Shown piece by piece: positions 50,046 to 60,631 of a DNA stretch of 64,000 nucleotides; the stretch's first letter is position 1; each line of letters opens with the position of its first letter. The stretch lies in assembly GCA_052279835.1 (NCBI GenBank), contig CP181291.1, forward strand, positions 5,152,001-5,216,000, in the 5' to 3' direction. This stretch comes from Microcoleus sp. Lineage in GTDB: Bacteria > Cyanobacteriota > Cyanobacteriia > Cyanobacteriales > Microcoleaceae. The position numbers and the translations under genes were made by a program. A model generated the notes under the pieces. That model did not search any database, was not told where the DNA came from, and worked only from the letters and a program-made list of their open reading frames with translations.

Positions 50046-51266
50046 TTAAGCGCTTCTCAAGGCGGCGATCGCGTCTAGTTTTGCTGCTTGGCGGGCTGGG
50101 ACAACTCCAAAGAAGAGGCCGACAGTACCGGAGACGCTGACTGCAAGGGCGATCGCCACGGGGGATATTCCAGCTTGTAGGGGTGTGAAATTAGCGATGA
50201 GTAAAATGCCACTGACACCGACAAAAGTGCCGACTAGGCCTCCGGCGGCGGATAAAATTACAGCTTCGATAATAAATTGAAACAAAATATCTTGTTGGGA
50301 TGCTCCGATCGCCTTTCTGAGCCCAATTTCCTGAGTACGTTCGCTCACCGACACCAGCATAATGTTCATAATCCCAATCCCACCTACTAACAAAGAAATG
50401 CTAGCAACGGCAGTTAACATAATTGTCAAAGCCCCAGAAATTGCCCCCATTCTTGCCATTAAATCTTTCTGATTTCTGACAGTAAAATCATCTTCTATGG
50501 TAGTTTTATGTCGCAATCTCAGCAGGTTTTCTACCTGAAATTGAGCTGCATCCATTTTCGATTCATCTTTAATAGAAATATATATAGATGTCACAGCTAA
50601 ACCGTAGGGAGATTTTCGCCCGACAATGCGGTTTGCCATTGTGGCGATCGGTACTACGGCAGAATTGTCATAATTAGTACCAAAAGATGTGCCTTTTGGT
50701 GCTAATACTCCAATTATTTTCATACTGACATTTTTAATCCGCACTTGTTGGTCAAGAGGATTAGTATTACCAAAGAGTTTCTCCGCTAATTCTGAACCAA
50801 GAACCACAACTTGGTTGTTTTCTTTGACATCAATATCTGTTAAAAACCGCCCCTTTGCCATTTCAAAGCTTCGGACTTGCAGAAATTCGGGAATTGTGCC
50901 AAAAATCAAAGAAGAAACATTTTTATTGCTGTAGCGAACGATTTCGGAACTGTTAAGTTCTGCGGAAACGCCTTGAACCGAGGGGACTTGAGAGGCGATC
51001 GCATTAGCATCTTCTACTATTAGTGTCTGAGGTGCATTGCTAATTGCGCTACGCCTAGCATTGGGTACTCCAGGCCTCACGATTAATACGTTGGTACCGA
51101 GGGATTGAACTTGTCCTGCGACATATTTTTGAGCTCCTTCTCCGACTCCAATCATCGCAATTACTGAGGCGTTACCCACAATCATTCCAATCATGGTTAA
51201 ACTGCTGCGGGTTTTGTTGGCTAGCAGGGTTTGACCGGCCATTTTGAGGCTTTCAATAAAATTCAT
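50046..51266 (-). CDS. ABC transporter permease (MacB/FtsX type)
   Basis: GGIGIMNIMLVSVSERTQEIGLRKAIGA. Confidence 0.93.
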   Translation of the reverse strand: MNFIESLKMAGQTLLANKTRSSLTMIGMIVGNASVIAMIGVGEGAQKYVAGQVQSLGTNVLIVRPGVPNARRSAISNAPQTLIVEDANAIASQVPSVQGVSAELNSSEIVRYSNKNVSSLIFGTIPEFLQVRSFEMAKGRFLTDIDVKENNQVVVLGSELAEKLFGNTNPLDQQVRIKNVSMKIIGVLAPKGTSFGTNYDNSAVVPIATMANRIVGRKSPYGLAVTSIYISIKDESKMDAAQFQVENLLRLRHKTTIEDDFTVRNQKDLMARMGAISGALTIMLTAVASISLLVGGIGIMNIMLVSVSERTQEIGLRKAIGASQQDILFQFIIEAVILSAAGGLVGTFVGVSGILLIANFTPLQAGISPVAIALAVSVSGTVGLFFGVVPARQAAKLDAIAALRSA

Positions 51267-51381
51267 AATTGGGGAATGGGGAATTGGGCATCGGGTATCG
51301 GGAATTGGGAATTGAAACCAACAAATGACTAATAACTAATGACTAATAACTAATGACTAATAACTAATGACTAATGACTTC

Positions 51382-52599
51382 TTAAGCACTTCGGAGTGCA
51401 ACAATTGGGTCTAGTTTTGCAGCTTGTTTTGCGGGTACGATGCCGAAAAATAAACCAATGCTACCGGAAACACCGACTGCAAGGGCGATCGCCACGGGAG
51501 AAACACTAGCTTGCAAAGGAGTAAAAGCAGATACCAAAAGCACGCCACCAATACCAAATCCAGTGCCGATCGCCCCACCGGCCGCCGATAAAATCACCGA
51601 TTCAATCATAAACTGAATTAAGATATCTTGCTCCGATGCTCCGATCGCCTTTCTGAGTCCAATTTCCTTAGTGCGCTCAGTCACAGAAACCAGCATAATA
51701 TTCATAATCCCGATCCCACCGACCAAAAGCGAAATTGCCGCCACAAAAGCCAACATCAACGTTAAAGCCGCTGTAATACTACCCAAAGTATTCATCAAAT
51801 CTTTCTGATTTCTGACAGTAAAATCATCCTCCTTAGTAATTTTGTGACGCAATCTTAGCAGATTTTCTATTTGAAATTGCGCCGCTTGCATCATATTTTC
51901 ATCTTTGATAGAAACCGAAATAAATGTAACTTTTGTACCGTAGGGAGAAGTTCTACCCACGATCCGATTTGCCATCGTTGTCAGCGGCAAATAAACATTC
52001 ATATCTTGATTGTCACCAAAGCTAGAACCCTTAGCCTGCATCACTCCAATCACTTGAAAAGTCGAATTTTTGATTCGGATATATTGACCAATTGGCGGTG
52101 TATTACCAAACAATTGTTCGGCAGCTTCGGAACCTAAAGCTACTACATTTTCTTGTCGGGCTAAATCTAGTTTATTTAAAAAACGACCTTGGGCAATATC
52201 AAAACTTCTAACTGTCAGAAACTCTGGAGTAGTTCCTACAACAGAAGACGAAACATTTTTGTTACGATAGGTAACGAGTTGACTATCATTGAGAGTTGGT
52301 GCAACTTCTTGGACAGAAGGAACTTGAGAGGCGATCGCCTCTGAATCCTCCAACACCAAAGTCTGAGGTGGAATCACGGGGCGACTTTGTGCTTCGGGAC
52401 TTCCAGGAATAATAAATAGCAAGTTGGAACCCAGAGAGTTAACTTGTCCCTCGATAAAGGTTTGAGCTCCTTCACCAATGCCAATCATAGAAATTACGGA
52501 AGCATTACCGATGATAATTCCTAACATCGTCAAGCTACTGCGAAGTTTGTTTGCCATCAAAGTTGTGACGGCCATTTTGACGCTTTCAACAATATCCAT
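51382..52599 (-). CDS. ABC transporter permease (MacB/FtsX type), paralogue
   Basis: GGIGIMNIMLVSVTERTKEIGLRKAIGA. Confidence 0.93.
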   Translation of the reverse strand: MDIVESVKMAVTTLMANKLRSSLTMLGIIIGNASVISMIGIGEGAQTFIEGQVNSLGSNLLFIIPGSPEAQSRPVIPPQTLVLEDSEAIASQVPSVQEVAPTLNDSQLVTYRNKNVSSSVVGTTPEFLTVRSFDIAQGRFLNKLDLARQENVVALGSEAAEQLFGNTPPIGQYIRIKNSTFQVIGVMQAKGSSFGDNQDMNVYLPLTTMANRIVGRTSPYGTKVTFISVSIKDENMMQAAQFQIENLLRLRHKITKEDDFTVRNQKDLMNTLGSITAALTLMLAFVAAISLLVGGIGIMNIMLVSVTERTKEIGLRKAIGASEQDILIQFMIESVILSAAGGAIGTGFGIGGVLLVSAFTPLQASVSPVAIALAVGVSGSIGLFFGIVPAKQAAKLDPIVALRSA

Positions 52600-52602
52600 A
52601 GT

Positions 52603-52772
52603 TTTTAGTTATTAGTTATTAGTCATTAGTTATTAGTTATTAGTTATTAGTTATTAGTTATTAGTTATTAGTTATTAGTTATTAGTTATTAGTTATTAGT
52701 CATTAGTTATTAGTCATTAGTTATTAGTCATTAGTTATTGGTCATTAGTTATTAGTTATTGGTCATTAGTTA
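52603..52772. repeat. Heptamer tandem array (TTATTAG/TCATTAG)n, STRR type
   Basis: About 24 units; complementary (AATGACT)n array at 52869-52925. Confidence 0.9.
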
Positions 52773-52923
52773 TATCATGTCCGCGTCAATAAACGTAAAT
52801 TCTGTAGGGCGGGTTCACCCGTATCTATGCTTTAAATCCAGGATATTGTAAACCCGCCCTGCCACAGCTAATGACTAATGACTAATGACTAATGACTAAT
52901 GACTAATGACTAATGACTAATGA

Positions 52924-54777
52924 CTATTTCTGATTCTTGATAATATCCTCCAACTTCTTACCTTGAGGAAGTTCTGTGAACACCCGATCGCCAGCCTTCG
53001 CACCCTCCAAAATCTGAATCTTATTACCTATGGTTGAACCAATGGTAACTGGGTGAAACTTAGGCTGCTGTTTCTCATCGGGAATCAACACACCTGTTTG
53101 ACCTTTATTCGTCACAATTGCCACCGTCGGCACAACTAAAGCATTGCTCAACTTTTGACCCACAAATCTCAAATCTACATTCATCCCCGACTGCAACAAA
53201 TCTTTGCCCGTATCTATGGCTACTCGGACTTGAAATAACGTCACATCCCGTTCTTTGACAGCTTCTGGGGCAATTAATTTAACGCGGCCTTTAAAAACTT
53301 TATCTGGATAAGCATCGGCAACTATTTCCACTACTTGACCCGGTTTAATTTGACTAATATCGGCTTCCGGGACTTTCGCTAAGACTTCCACATCTCTTGC
53401 TAAAGCCACAATCGATGTCGAAGTTGCCGAAGTAGCTTCAGATGCCGAAGTTGCCGGAGTCACAAAAGCTCCTTGGATGGCGTACCTTTGGGTAATTATT
53501 CCTGCAAAGGGAGCGCGAACTTTGGTATCTTCTAACTGTACTTCTTGATAACGGACTTGAGCTTGAGCTTCGGCTAAGTCAGCTTTAGCTTGTGCTACTT
53601 CTTCTGGGCGAGAGCCGTTTACTTGTACTGCTAATTGGCTTTTTGCTTCGGCAACTGCTGCTTGGGCTTTGGCTATTTCTTCTGGACGATTGCCGTTTTC
53701 TAATTGTGTTAATTTGCTTTTGGCTTCAGAAACTTCTGCTTCGGCTTTGGCTATTGCTTCCGATCGCGTCCCGTTTTTCAATTGGTTTAATCCTTGCTGC
53801 TCGACTTCAACAGCAGCTTGGAGTTGTTTGATTTGGGACAGTCGATTTTCTTGCAGTTGTTGCAGGCGTCTTTGGGATTCTGTTACTTTAGCTTGGGCAG
53901 TCCGATTTTCTTTGATTAATTCATCCAGTTTATCTTGAGCCAGAGCACCTTCTTTGACTAATGACCGATTGCGTTCCACCCGTTGAGCTGTTAGTTCGGC
54001 TTGGGCTTTACTGGATTCAATTTGGGTTTGTGCTTGGGCAATTTCTTGTTTTAAACTACCCGTTTGAGCATCTGCTAAACGAGCTTGGGCTTGGGCTAAT
54101 CTCGCTCGCCCTTGGCTAACTTCTTCGACGCGATTACCGGCTCGTAGTTGCTGCAACCCGGCTTGACTTTGTTGCAAGCGGGCTCTGGCTCCTGCGACTT
54201 CTTCCACCCGACTGCCGGCTTGGAGTTGAGCGAGACTGGCTTCGGCTTGATCTAAGCGGGCTTGGGCACTGGCGATGTCTTCCGAGCGATTCCCGGCCTC
54301 TATTTTGGCAAGTCTGGCTCGAATGCTAGTTTCTCTGGCTTTGGCTTGTTGGAGTTGGGCTTCGACGTCGCGACTTTCCATGCGGGCAATAATTTGTCCG
54401 GCTTCGACGCGATCGCCCTGTTCGACAAATAATTCTGCAATCCGCCCGGACCCTTTGGGGCTGAGATTCACGCGCTGTACCGGCTGCACCGTGCCGCTAG
54501 ATGTGATCCGCACGGTGAGGTTTTGCGATTCCACCGGCACTGTCATGGTGGCGATCGGATCTACTTTGGGCTGGGATTTACTCTTTACTATATAGATGGT
54601 GGTCGGTACAGCTATCAACCCTGCGGCCAGCAGCCCGATCGCCCACCGTTTCGATTTGGGCGCGGGTTTTTTGGGGGACTGCTTTTGAGCGGTTTTGGTA
54701 TCTGCAATCTGGGTATCTGCCGTCTTCGTATCTTCCACTTGGACTTGAGCAGTTTCCTTTTTAGGGCTAACGATCAT
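52924..54777 (-). CDS. Efflux periplasmic adaptor (HlyD/MacA family) with long coiled coil
   Basis: TM, SSGTVQP, VEQGDRV, RAPFAG, repeated GNRxEEIA motifs. Confidence 0.92.
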   Translation of the reverse strand: MIVSPKKETAQVQVEDTKTADTQIADTKTAQKQSPKKPAPKSKRWAIGLLAAGLIAVPTTIYIVKSKSQPKVDPIATMTVPVESQNLTVRITSSGTVQPVQRVNLSPKGSGRIAELFVEQGDRVEAGQIIARMESRDVEAQLQQAKARETSIRARLAKIEAGNRSEDIASAQARLDQAEASLAQLQAGSRVEEVAGARARLQQSQAGLQQLRAGNRVEEVSQGRARLAQAQARLADAQTGSLKQEIAQAQTQIESSKAQAELTAQRVERNRSLVKEGALAQDKLDELIKENRTAQAKVTESQRRLQQLQENRLSQIKQLQAAVEVEQQGLNQLKNGTRSEAIAKAEAEVSEAKSKLTQLENGNRPEEIAKAQAAVAEAKSQLAVQVNGSRPEEVAQAKADLAEAQAQVRYQEVQLEDTKVRAPFAGIITQRYAIQGAFVTPATSASEATSATSTSIVALARDVEVLAKVPEADISQIKPGQVVEIVADAYPDKVFKGRVKLIAPEAVKERDVTLFQVRVAIDTGKDLLQSGMNVDLRFVGQKLSNALVVPTVAIVTNKGQTGVLIPDEKQQPKFHPVTIGSTIGNKIQILEGAKAGDRVFTELPQGKKLEDIIKNQK

Positions 54778-55096
54778 ACCGAGTCACCTAATTTAATCTC
54801 AGGATTACCTTAAAGGTAAAGTTTTTGTTAATGTTTGGCATCGTCTTTGAGACTCATCCGATCGGGTGATTTCAAAAAAGTTCCCAAATCAACATCTATT
54901 AAGAATTATATACCCTATTTGACATCTTTGAACCTGGCCAGGTAAAATCCCTTGCCCTGAAGCTTGTCTGGGCGGAAAATAAGTTATTCAAAAAATCAAG
55001 GCACAAATAAAAACCGGGCAACTCCAAAGCTACCCGGAAATCCGAAATTTTAGACTTTCAACTAATCCAAAATCTAAAATCTAAACCTTAAAATTC

Positions 55097-56176
55097 TTAA
55101 ACAGTTACAGCTTTCTTAGCACTAGAGCTCAATTCGCCTTTAGCATATTTAGCTGCAAAATCATCCAAAGACATTTGCTTGATTTTTGTACCGTGGCCAG
55201 CACAGCCAAAAGATTGATAGCGATCGCTACAAACTTTTTGCATATACTTGATCGATGGCTTCAGGAAGTGACGGGGGTCGAACTCATCGGGCTTGGCAAA
55301 CAAAGCTTCGCGCACCGCAGCGGTAATCGCCAAACGGTTGTCAGTATCGATATTGATCTTGCGAACGCCGCACTTAATTCCCTTTTGGATTTCTTCGACG
55401 GGTACGCCGTAGGTTTCGCGGATTTTGCCACCGTTGCTGTTGATGATTTCCAGCAATTCTTGGGGCACAGAAGAAGAACCGTGCATTACCAAGTGAGTGT
55501 TTGGTAAGCGGCGGTGAATTTCTTCAATGCGGCTGATTGCCAAAATTTCGCCAGTGGGCTTGCGAGTAAACTTGTAAGCGCCGTGAGAAGTGCCGATCGC
55601 CACTGCTAGAGCATCAACGCCGGTTTGCTCAACGAAATCAACTGCTTGTTCGGGATCTGTCAACAATTGATCGTGAGACAGAGCGCCTTCAAAGCCGTGG
55701 CCGTCTTCTGCTTCGCCCATCCCGGTTTCCAGAGAGCCCAAGCAACCCAGTTCACCTTCGACGCTAACGCCGATGGAATGAGCCACATTCACGACATCGC
55801 GAGTAACTTGAACATTGTACTCGTAGCTAGCAGGAGTTTTAGCATCTGCTTCCAAAGAACCGTCCATCATCACGCTGGTGAAACCTTGGCGCATGGCAGA
55901 ATAGCAAGTACCGGGGGCATTGCCGTGGTCTTGGTGCATGGAAATGGGGATGTGAGGATAGGTTTCAACTGCGGCCAAAATCAAGTGGCGCAGGAAGTTT
56001 TCCCCAGCGTAGGAGCGAGCGCCGCGAGAAGCTTGCAGGATCACGGGGCTGTTGGTTTCGTCAGCAGCACGCATGATGGCTTGGATTTGCTCCATGTTAT
56101 TGACGTTGTAAGCCGGTAGGCCGTAACCATTTTCAGCCGCGTGGTCGAGCAGCAGTCGCATAGGTACTAGCGCCAT
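55097..56176 (-). CDS. fbaA: Fructose-bisphosphate aldolase class II
   Basis: [33 protein letters not shown]. Confidence 0.97.
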   Translation of the reverse strand: MALVPMRLLLDHAAENGYGLPAYNVNNMEQIQAIMRAADETNSPVILQASRGARSYAGENFLRHLILAAVETYPHIPISMHQDHGNAPGTCYSAMRQGFTSVMMDGSLEADAKTPASYEYNVQVTRDVVNVAHSIGVSVEGELGCLGSLETGMGEAEDGHGFEGALSHDQLLTDPEQAVDFVEQTGVDALAVAIGTSHGAYKFTRKPTGEILAISRIEEIHRRLPNTHLVMHGSSSVPQELLEIINSNGGKIRETYGVPVEEIQKGIKCGVRKINIDTDNRLAITAAVREALFAKPDEFDPRHFLKPSIKYMQKVCSDRYQSFGCAGHGTKIKQMSLDDFAAKYAKGELSSSAKKAVTV

Positions 56177-56314
56177 AGATATTCCTCCTAATTATTTGTG
56201 GTTTCTGGCCAGTGAATTTTGGACAAGTTCAATTCTTACGACAATCTTAAGACAATTTGCTACCGATCGCGCAGGATGTTTCCAGATTTCAATTGAAAAT
56301 TCTACCTACTAAAA

Positions 56315-56350
56315 CATTGAGTTCTGAGTGTTATACTCAGAACTCAATAT
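56315..56350 (-). terminator. Stem-loop downstream of tRNA-Lys
   Basis: attgagttctgagt ... actcagaactcaat. Confidence 0.55.
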
Positions 56351-56371
56351 TTCTTGTTTGATGTTGATTTA

Positions 56372-56443
56372 TGGGTCGCCCGGGATTTGAACCCGAGACC
56401 AATCGGTTAAAAGCCGAATGCTCTACCGCTGAGCTAGCGACCC
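56372..56443 (-). tRNA. trnK: tRNA-Lys (UUU)
   Basis: GGGTCGCTAGCTCAGCGGTAGAGCATTCGGCTTTTAACCGATTGGTCTCGGGTTCAAATCCCGGGCGACCCA; CCA not encoded. Confidence 0.97.
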
Positions 56444-56510
56444 GCGTAACCATTGTTACCGCGCACATTTACTAATAGTAGCACCCATCATTTTAAATAG
56501 CAAGTCTTTT

Positions 56511-57410
56511 TTACAAAAAAGTTGCCGTCATCCGCACCAACATCTCGCAAGTCGCGCCGGGGGGCAAATACATCAAGTGTTCGCCTGTGTTTAGGGCATT
56601 CCGAGGAGCAGTCCAAGGTTCCAAACAGTAAAAATCCTTGCCTTTGAGCATCCAGAACACCAACTTGCCATAGCTAGAGCTGTAACTAAGGGTGAGGCGC
56701 AAATCGCGAGCCGAGTCAGTGATAGTAGCAGCTAGGCCAGTGAGTTCATCAAAGGAAACATCTATTTCATCCAGGTTGGGGTCAAAAACTCCGGTGAAAT
56801 AACCCTTGGAGTGAGTGTTCTGATCTCTGTACTGCATCCCCGGAATTTCAAAGCGGAGCTGGGATTTGTCCTCTGCTAAAAAGTAAGGGTGTAAGCCGCT
56901 AGAAAAGGGCATCGGTTCCTCAGACAGATTGGTGTATCGCTGAAAAATTTCCAAAGCATTGCCTTTAATCTGATAAGTAAAGGCTAGTTGGAAATCAAAG
57001 GGATAAACAGCCAGGGTCTTGTCGCTACTTTCGAGCATCAGGGTAACAGCGGCGCAACCATCCGTCACCATTTCCTCTACCGTCCAAGGTAAATCGCGAG
57101 CAAAGCCGTGCTGTTTGAGTTGCCGCTCCACTCCCTTGTGTGTGTAGGTATTGTCGGGGAGATTGCCACAGATGGGAAACAGGATCGGCACTCCGCCTCG
57201 TACAGTCAAATCGGGATTGGTGAACCGTTCGGTGTCTAAGTATAAGATTTCTTTGCCTTCAACCAGCCAGCTAGTGGCAATACCGCCTCGTTCCGGCACA
57301 ACTTCGAGAGTGGAGTTAGCGGTTTCGTCAGAGAGGACGTAGGTTTTGTACTGCTTTTGCTTGAGCGCGATCGCAAACACATTTGTCATCGGTAGTAGGT
57401 CATGGATCAT
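56511..57410 (-). CDS. Aldose 1-epimerase family protein
   Basis: RGGVPILFP, QHGFARD, GLHPYF, FYCLEPW; start may be slightly downstream. Confidence 0.92.
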   Translation of the reverse strand: MIHDLLPMTNVFAIALKQKQYKTYVLSDETANSTLEVVPERGGIATSWLVEGKEILYLDTERFTNPDLTVRGGVPILFPICGNLPDNTYTHKGVERQLKQHGFARDLPWTVEEMVTDGCAAVTLMLESSDKTLAVYPFDFQLAFTYQIKGNALEIFQRYTNLSEEPMPFSSGLHPYFLAEDKSQLRFEIPGMQYRDQNTHSKGYFTGVFDPNLDEIDVSFDELTGLAATITDSARDLRLTLSYSSSYGKLVFWMLKGKDFYCLEPWTAPRNALNTGEHLMYLPPGATCEMLVRMTATFL

Positions 57411-57503
57411 TGGTTGTCAGTCAATTTGTGGTTAGTAGTTAGTCGCCCATTTGTTGCTACCCCTTGGACTCTCATTTCTTCCCTCGGTAGTCCTCCCTGC
57501 TGG

Positions 57504-59585
57504 TTAACCTATCTTTGCAGATAGGGGAGGCAAGGCGATCGGCTTGTAGTCGCTGGAGGTTTTTTTAGCTGGGAGCAGCGCTGTGGGAGTCGGTGGTTTG
57601 ACCGCGAGTTTGAAGGATACAGACTGAGTTGGGGGAAGATAACTTTGGGGACCGCTTCCTGTTGGCGAACTCGGAGATGGCGGCGAAATGAACGGTTCTT
57701 TGATGAATGGCTCTTTGGTAAATGGATCTGATTCGCCACTGGGTTTTTGACGTTCACCTTGGTAGATGCGGGGTGGCAAATCTTTACTCGGAGGCGGGCT
57801 TGACTCAACAGCCGGAAAGTTTCCGTTCTCAAAAAATGACGAATTTTCTTGCTGTTTGGGTGCCACGGGCAAAGTGGGCAAACTACGATTTGGTTTGATT
57901 TGTCTTGGCTGGGGTTGGCTACTTTCACCTCCTAGGGAAGGGGCATCTGGCTGGGATTTTTGTGTACGGTTCTTAATCACTCCTGGTAATTGAGAATTCG
58001 GATTTTTTTGGTCTGGTACTCCCGACAATGGGGCTTCTAGAACTACTTGCGATCGCATCGGTCGATCGAAGATACTCGAAATCTGCTCGACGTGCTTGAG
58101 GATGCGATCGCCCGCTGCTCCTGTCACCACCTTCGGCTGAAACTTTTTTACCTCCACAGGCAGAAACTCTACTTTCATGTTTCTGTCTTTGAGCGATACT
58201 TTCAGCACTGCTGTGTCGTAATCGCTACGAGCATTGCCCCCAAAGATAAAATTTCCCAGGGAGTAAACTATCGGTCTGCCTTTGTAAACTTCCGCACCTT
58301 GCAGAACATGGGGGTGGTGTCCTACCACCAAATCAGCACCTTGGTCGATCGTGAACCGAGCCAAATCTATCTGCCAATCCCCTGGATAATCTGCCAATTC
58401 TACTCCCCAGTGATAATTCACAATAATCCAGTCTACCTGACCCCTGAGAGCTCGAATATCCTCCGCCACACGGTTATTGCGGCGCGGGTTAGTTCCTGCT
58501 GTCCCCAAGTCGGCAGCGTGGAGGTCAGAATCGTAGTAACCAAGGTAAGCGATCCGCTGACCCTTAACTTCAATAATATCTGGACGCCTTGCTTCTTTAA
58601 TATTTTTGCCGGCTCCCAGATGCTGAATTCCCGCATTATTTAGAGTATTTATAGTTTCCACCAGTCCAGGTTCCTGGTAGTCCATAGCGTGGCTATTTGC
58701 TAGATTGACAATATCCACTCCGCCTGCTGTTAATACTTTGACCAGTTCTGGATCGGCCTGAAAATTTAATTGTTTTTTATTTTTACCCAAGCTAGAGCGA
58801 GTCAGGGGATTTTCTAGGTTCACCATCGCCACATCTGCTTTGCGATATTCTTCCATGTTTGCGAAGGCCCAATCGTAGCCTCTGTCTGCCACTTTGGAAA
58901 ACGCATCTAATAGATTCACATTCCCGCCGAACATCAGAGTAACAGTAGGGTCATAAGGATTGGCAACTCGATCGAGCTTTACTACTGGTAATGTTTCTAA
59001 AGCTCCTTGTACGGTGTTCCCGCGCTTGGGAGGAGGACCGGACATTACTGCCACTTTCTGGTATGCAGAGGTGGGCGGGTCTAACCGCATCACCAGAGCT
59101 TCTTGGTATGTCACCCAACAACCTAATATAAATGAAGCCAGTGATGAACCGACTAGGAGTAGAGAACGATAGCTTTTAAATTTAACCCAATCGAATACCA
59201 GCAGGGAACGGTAACGTCGCCGTCCCCGATTTGCCGGAGTGACGATGCGTACTGATTGTTTCCAAAGAATTTCTGGTTCTCCTGCTAAACGCGCGTGAAT
59301 TCTCACGCCTTCTACTGCTGGCGAGTTAAGTCTCCACAGTTGGTGACAAATGAATTTGACTACACCTTCTCGCAGAGTGCTCCCCAGTAGTGTGGCATCT
59401 GAAGCAAAGTCGCGCTGAAATTCTACCAAGATTTGCACGCATCCAGCCTGAGCCTCTTCGACGCGGGCATAAATCCCTTCTGGTCGCAGCAAACTGTCTA
59501 TCCAATAATTAAGCGCTTGAAAGTTACCCGATCGCGCTAGCTCCAGAATAGACGGCTGCGACCAATTTTCTGCATATACCATCAA
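57504..59585 (-). CDS. CapA (poly-gamma-glutamate synthesis-like) metallophosphoesterase family protein
   Basis: VNLENP, NLANSHAMDY, YHWG.E, GHHPHVLQ, YSLGNF; Pro-rich tail. Confidence 0.9.
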   Translation of the reverse strand: MMVYAENWSQPSILELARSGNFQALNYWIDSLLRPEGIYARVEEAQAGCVQILVEFQRDFASDATLLGSTLREGVVKFICHQLWRLNSPAVEGVRIHARLAGEPEILWKQSVRIVTPANRGRRRYRSLLVFDWVKFKSYRSLLLVGSSLASFILGCWVTYQEALVMRLDPPTSAYQKVAVMSGPPPKRGNTVQGALETLPVVKLDRVANPYDPTVTLMFGGNVNLLDAFSKVADRGYDWAFANMEEYRKADVAMVNLENPLTRSSLGKNKKQLNFQADPELVKVLTAGGVDIVNLANSHAMDYQEPGLVETINTLNNAGIQHLGAGKNIKEARRPDIIEVKGQRIAYLGYYDSDLHAADLGTAGTNPRRNNRVAEDIRALRGQVDWIIVNYHWGVELADYPGDWQIDLARFTIDQGADLVVGHHPHVLQGAEVYKGRPIVYSLGNFIFGGNARSDYDTAVLKVSLKDRNMKVEFLPVEVKKFQPKVVTGAAGDRILKHVEQISSIFDRPMRSQVVLEAPLSGVPDQKNPNSQLPGVIKNRTQKSQPDAPSLGGESSQPQPRQIKPNRSLPTLPVAPKQQENSSFFENGNFPAVESSPPPSKDLPPRIYQGERQKPSGESDPFTKEPFIKEPFISPPSPSSPTGSGPQSYLPPTQSVSFKLAVKPPTPTALLPAKKTSSDYKPIALPPLSAKIG

Positions 59586-60220
59586 TTAGCCTCCTTAACA
59601 CGCTTCACTCGCGCTGACTTCAATTTTGTTTTAACGGAACCGCAATTTTCTTAGCTTAACCGCCACAGGTTCCGCTGCCCGCTTTGAAGCTAGTTATTGG
59701 CCGCCACCATTTTCTACATTTAGTTACCCACTGCTGTCAGTGACTTCCATCACAATTGGCTAATTTTAATCATGACCTTTGGTGATCAGTGGCACAATTT
59801 GCGGAAAAATGGATGGGCGATCGAAATTTCTTTGCAGAGTCTGTTTTTATTATCCTTGTTTGAGTGCCGTTTTGGCCCTCAATCTGCACATAGTTAGACC
59901 CGACAGTCAGTTCGCCAGTGCCAGCAAACCCCGCTACTCAAACGGGGTTTGCTGGCAAGGGCGAGAGGATGTTTGGCAGTAAGAGGGTGGTTCGATCGAT
60001 CGCCCTCATACAGCCACAGCATAAACTGTGACAATATAAATGGCGTAGTAGGTAGATTTAGTGATATTATTTAATTTGGTAATTCCCATCGGTTTCAAAA
60101 TTTTGGAAAACGTGAAACTGGCTAGTCTATCGGGCTGTGCCTTCCGATGTAAAGCTCAAAGTACGTTAATGTAAACAGGCAATCTTTTAAGCAAGTTACA
60201 CTGCGCAGGAGAACTGACAA

Positions 60221-60532
60221 ATGCTACAGCGCAAAATCTATCAACTCTGTTGTGATGGTCGTGAGGTTTCTATTTTTCTTCGAGATCAGCAACGTTGGAT
60301 AGAGCGCGCTCGTATCCTAGATATTGAAGGGGATCTAGTCACGCTGCGCTACGAAACCGACGAAGAAGACGAACTCAGCTCTTGGGAAGAAATGGTGCGT
60401 CTAGAGAGTATTGGCTCTGTGTCCCAAAAACTGGCTTCGGTGTCGAGAACTAACTGCGAGCCCCTAGTTTCTGACGATTGTCCAGAAGCAGAACAAATTC
60501 GCAATCACTACCCAGACTCTAGTTTGGAATAG
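60221..60532 (+). CDS. Conserved cyanobacterial small protein (DUF6679-like)
   Basis: MLQRKIYQLCCDGREV..FLRDQQRWIE..WEEMVRLESIG; AGGAG SD. Confidence 0.75.
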   Translation: MLQRKIYQLCCDGREVSIFLRDQQRWIERARILDIEGDLVTLRYETDEEDELSSWEEMVRLESIGSVSQKLASVSRTNCEPLVSDDCPEAEQIRNHYPDSSLE

Positions 60533-60631
60533 TTTTCAGATTCTGTCTAGGCAGGAAATCACACTGGGGAGATTAGAAAATAACTTTTCTCCCTTTTTTG
60601 CGCTCTGTTTCTGTTGTAGTTGAACAGGGAA

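Noticed and set aside
52603..52925. Possible CRISPR array
   Set aside because: 7-nt tandem units without unique spacers; no cas genes in the window.
56372..56443. tRNA-Lys as an integration site
   Set aside because: No integrase or duplicated tRNA 3' end seen; the neighbours are housekeeping genes.
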